Both the position numbers and the translations under genes were made by a program. The notes under the pieces were generated by a model, which ran no database searches, had not been told where the DNA came from, and saw only the letters and a list, made by a program, of their open reading frames with translations. A stretch of DNA of 52,267 nt from Paraspadella gotoi (lineage: Eukaryota; Animalia; Chaetognatha), in the NCBI GenBank assembly GCA_051294375.1, contig JBJCIZ010001669.1:1-52267 (forward strand), given 5' to 3'. Of this stretch, positions 48,901 to 52,267 are shown one piece after another (positions within the stretch are counted from its first letter, which is position 1; each line of letters opens with the position of its first letter).

Positions 48901-51900
48901 AAATACACACGAAAGATTTTTCTTCTGTTAATAAGATATGTAAAACTCTTGAAAGAAATAACTCTAGGAAAATCGATTTTTTCCAATTGTAAATAGAATA
49001 TAAACTTTTTTATATATAAAATCGGCAAAGCGTTTGTTTGTCCAATGTGAAGTAAGAGGTGGTGAGAAAAGAACCCCGCCATAAACGACTTTTCTAAAAG
49101 TAAAAAGTGACTAAAACACTCGTTAAATACAGCGGCAAAGTACTGATATTTTCCAAAGAAAGATAACAAGCTTTGTAAAAAAAAGAAAAAACGCTATTTC
49201 CAATGTAAAAGAGGAAAAAAAAATTTTCTAAAAACACCGGGAAAACGACTATATTTCAAAGAAAAAAAGAAATAAAAACGTTAAAATACTTCTAGCAAAA
49301 AATACCATTCATCCCGAGGGGGTGTTACACAAATTGCGCGTGAGGACAGTTATTAAATATCATTATTTATTCAAAACAAACAAAAATTTCCTCTTTTATT
49401 TTATTCTCCTTCTCTTTCTCTCTTTTCCTCTTTTATATAAGTTATGTAGATTTCTCTCTCATCTCTTTAAAAGACTGGAGAACCAACGGGTTAAACTTAC
49501 ACCAGAAAACCCACCCCTTTTTCTCCTGTAAAAAGCATATAGGTGAAACACTTTAATATAAAACAGATAAAAACGATTTTTTCAATGTAAAAAGAAATAA
49601 AAATTTTTAAAAAAACGGCAAAACGTTTTTATCTACAAATGCTTAAATAAAATATAAAAAAAACACCGATATAATAACTCTCGATTTCTTTTTCTAAATG
49701 GTAATAACGTGATTAAAACACAGTTAAAATACAGCGGCAGACAGATATTTCCAAGAGATACAACTTTTAAAAAACAAGAAAAACGCTTTTCCAATGTAAA
49801 AAGAGTAAAAAACTTCTAAACACCTTGTGGATATAACTCGATATTTCATAAAGATATATAAAAACGTTTCTTCCTAAATCTAGACCTTAATCATTCATTT
49901 CGAGGTTGTGTTAAACACTTGGGGGTACAGTCTCCATTAAACTTATCTTTTATCACGTACAACCAAACAAATTTCCTTCTTCTTTTTATTCTTTTATGGT
50001 CTCTCTCTCTCTCTTCTTTCTCTTCAATTTTCATGTCATGCTCTCTCCTTCTTCCTCTTACTTCTCTCTAATATGTATCTACAAAACGTTACATTACTAC
50101 TCACCAGATTAAATATTCGCACTTTTTTCTCTCGTTACCAAAACGTTACTTGAAACCTTCCATAAAATACCTCAGAAATACCGCATTCTCTTTTTCTCCT
50201 CTCCAAGTTGAGTCAAAAAGAATAAAAACTGCTTAACCAACAAAATAACTCGGGCATAACGTTTCTTCCTCACATTGTATTATAATATGGATGTCTCTAC
50301 AAAAACACCTGATCTATAATTACTGTATTCTATTCCTCTTCTTTCCTTTTTTCCTATATTGTGTCAACATAGTACATTAAAAACGCTTTTTTATTTCCAA
50401 CCTACAGCCGTGCATGATCGATATTCTCTCTCTAATAAGAAATCCCTTAACAAACTTTAAAAACACTATTAGTGACATAAAATAACGGCTGGTTTTCCAA
50501 TAGTAAAAAGAATAAAAAATTTTTTCCATACAGATAAACTACTCTCGACGAAAAACTCTACGTGATTTATACTATAAATGATAGGGAGAAGAAGAAGAAG
50601 TAAAAACAGGTGGTGTATAAAATACTTCTGCAACAATAAAACATCATCAGAAAGAGTTTTAAAATTGAAGAAACGTAGAGGACAGTTAAATTAAATAATC
50701 TATTTATCCAAAAACAAACAAATTTCCTTCTTCTTTTATTTTTAATAAGTTCTCCTTCTCTCTCTCTCTCTGTGTGTTCTCTTGTGGAGATTTTGATGAT
50801 AAGCTTTCTGGCTCGACTCTCAAAAGATTAAAAAACGTTAGAATACACGCAGAAGACGACTTTTGTCGGCTGGTAGAGAAGAGATATGAGAACTTGTAGA
50901 GAAATGAGCAGAAAACGAATTTCTGTTTTCCAATGGGTAGAAGAACGAGATGAAAAACTGAGAAAAAAAAAACGCGCCGAAACGTGTGGTTGTTCCAAGA
51001 TGGTAAAAGAAGGGTTAGAGAAAACTCATCCGGATAGAAACGACTATTTCTTAAAGTAAAAAGATAATAAACAGAAATGTTAAATAACGACGCACGGACA
51101 GACGAATATTACCAAGGAGAGGACGGGGGCGAGGAACGGTTAGAGACAGTTCTTCTTGGTTAAACAAACAAAAAAAACGACGTGGTTTCCTCAAATGTCA
51201 CAACAGGAGAATTAAAAAAATTTCTAAAACACACGTGGTACAACCCCTCATAATTTCAAAAGAAAAAAAAAAGAAATAAAAGATCTGTATAATATTATAG
51301 CTTTTCTGCATAAGATAACAAAATCAGTCGCAAGGTTGTTATTAAAAATTGGGATAAGGTGGAATGAGGTGACACAGGTTAACGTGATACGAGGTGGATG
51401 ACTTGTTGGTAATTCAAAAACAAAACAAAATATTCCATCTCTTGGGTTATTATTTATGTCTCCTTCGCTCTCTCTTTTTCTCATGAGAGTGTTGTAATGA
51501 TAGGCTGTTCTCTCACGTGGCTTCAGGAAAACCGATAAAAAAACTTAAACTCAACACAGAAACAAAAAAACGACTTTTATCTCTGATAAAAAATAATGAA
51601 ACTTTAAAAATAACAGAAACGAATATTTCTCTCCAAAAACATGTAAAAGAGAAAATAAAAACTTTAAAAAAAAGCCCCGCACAACGTATTTAAAAGTTCC
51701 AATGCTAAAAAAGAAGTTAAAAAACAACAACCGAAATAAAAAACGACCACTTTCAAAAAGATAAAAGTGCATAACAAACGTCCCTAAAATACAGAAGCGC
51801 CAGCCCATATATACCAAGAAAGATCAACAAATATAATAAACAAACAAAGAAAAAACCTTTATCAAAATGTAAACAAGAAGAATAACACAAAACACAAATT

Positions 51901-52267
51901 TCAAACAACCGGAAAACAGATATTTTCCATGAAAAAAGAATAGAAACGTTAAAATGTTCGGTGCGCAGGAGAGTGAAACAATAACATCGAGTTGTTAAAA
52001 TTGGAGATGAGCGACGCAGGTAATTACAGAGGCCGTGCAATCTATTTTATCAAAAACAAACAAATTTCCGGGGGCTCTGTTTATTTTATGTTCTTCCTTA
52101 TCTCTCTCTCTTAAGTGGTTCTCTGATACTCACCACGTGTGTATATGTAGAACTTTCTCTACTACTCAAAAAAAATAAAACAGTAAAATACGCAAGCGGC
52201 GAGAAAGAACACGAACTTTTTCTCTGTAAAAAAAAGCTATCCGAGGAAACGTTTTAAGGAAATAACG
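45941..52267 (+). repeat. Tandem satellite, ~10 copies of a ~0.55-0.7-kb unit built from ~48-bp subrepeats
   Basis: The landmark CTCTCACTCTCAAA.GAT..AAACG recurs near 46460, 47060, 47670, 48220, 48870, 49460, 50060, 50815, 51510 and 52160. The inner motif AAAACG..TTTT...TGTAAAAAGA repeats within each unit. Confidence 0.9.

Overview
This is AT-rich eukaryotic DNA, probably from an invertebrate animal, judging by the BEL/Pao, Ty3/Gypsy and LINE remnants and the short spliceosomal introns. It comes from a gappy draft assembly with uncorrected long-read stretches (about 29450-32170 and 39100-52267) and fold-back or inversion chimeras. A repeat of at least 4.5 kb dominates the window in 5 or more full or partial copies. 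It ends sharply in ...CCCATCTTCCCA, and one copy is followed by a tRNA-Lys-like primer-binding site, so it behaves as a giant LTR of an apparently non-coding element. Other mobile DNA: a decayed Gypsy pol cut by CAGTGG-ended inverted termini; a ~1.6-kb unit with 60-bp TGT...ACA inverted ends around an intact BEL/Pao gag-like ORF; the 5' half of a Gypsy element (LTR, PBS, gag, protease); LINE ORF2 fragments; and a terminal ~0.6-kb higher-order satellite. A compact island of small spliced orphan genes lies at about 20-28.6 kb. It includes a 153-aa RING-HC gene that appears to sit antisense inside the last intron of a mucin-like type I membrane protein gene. All calls were made by eye, without database searches.
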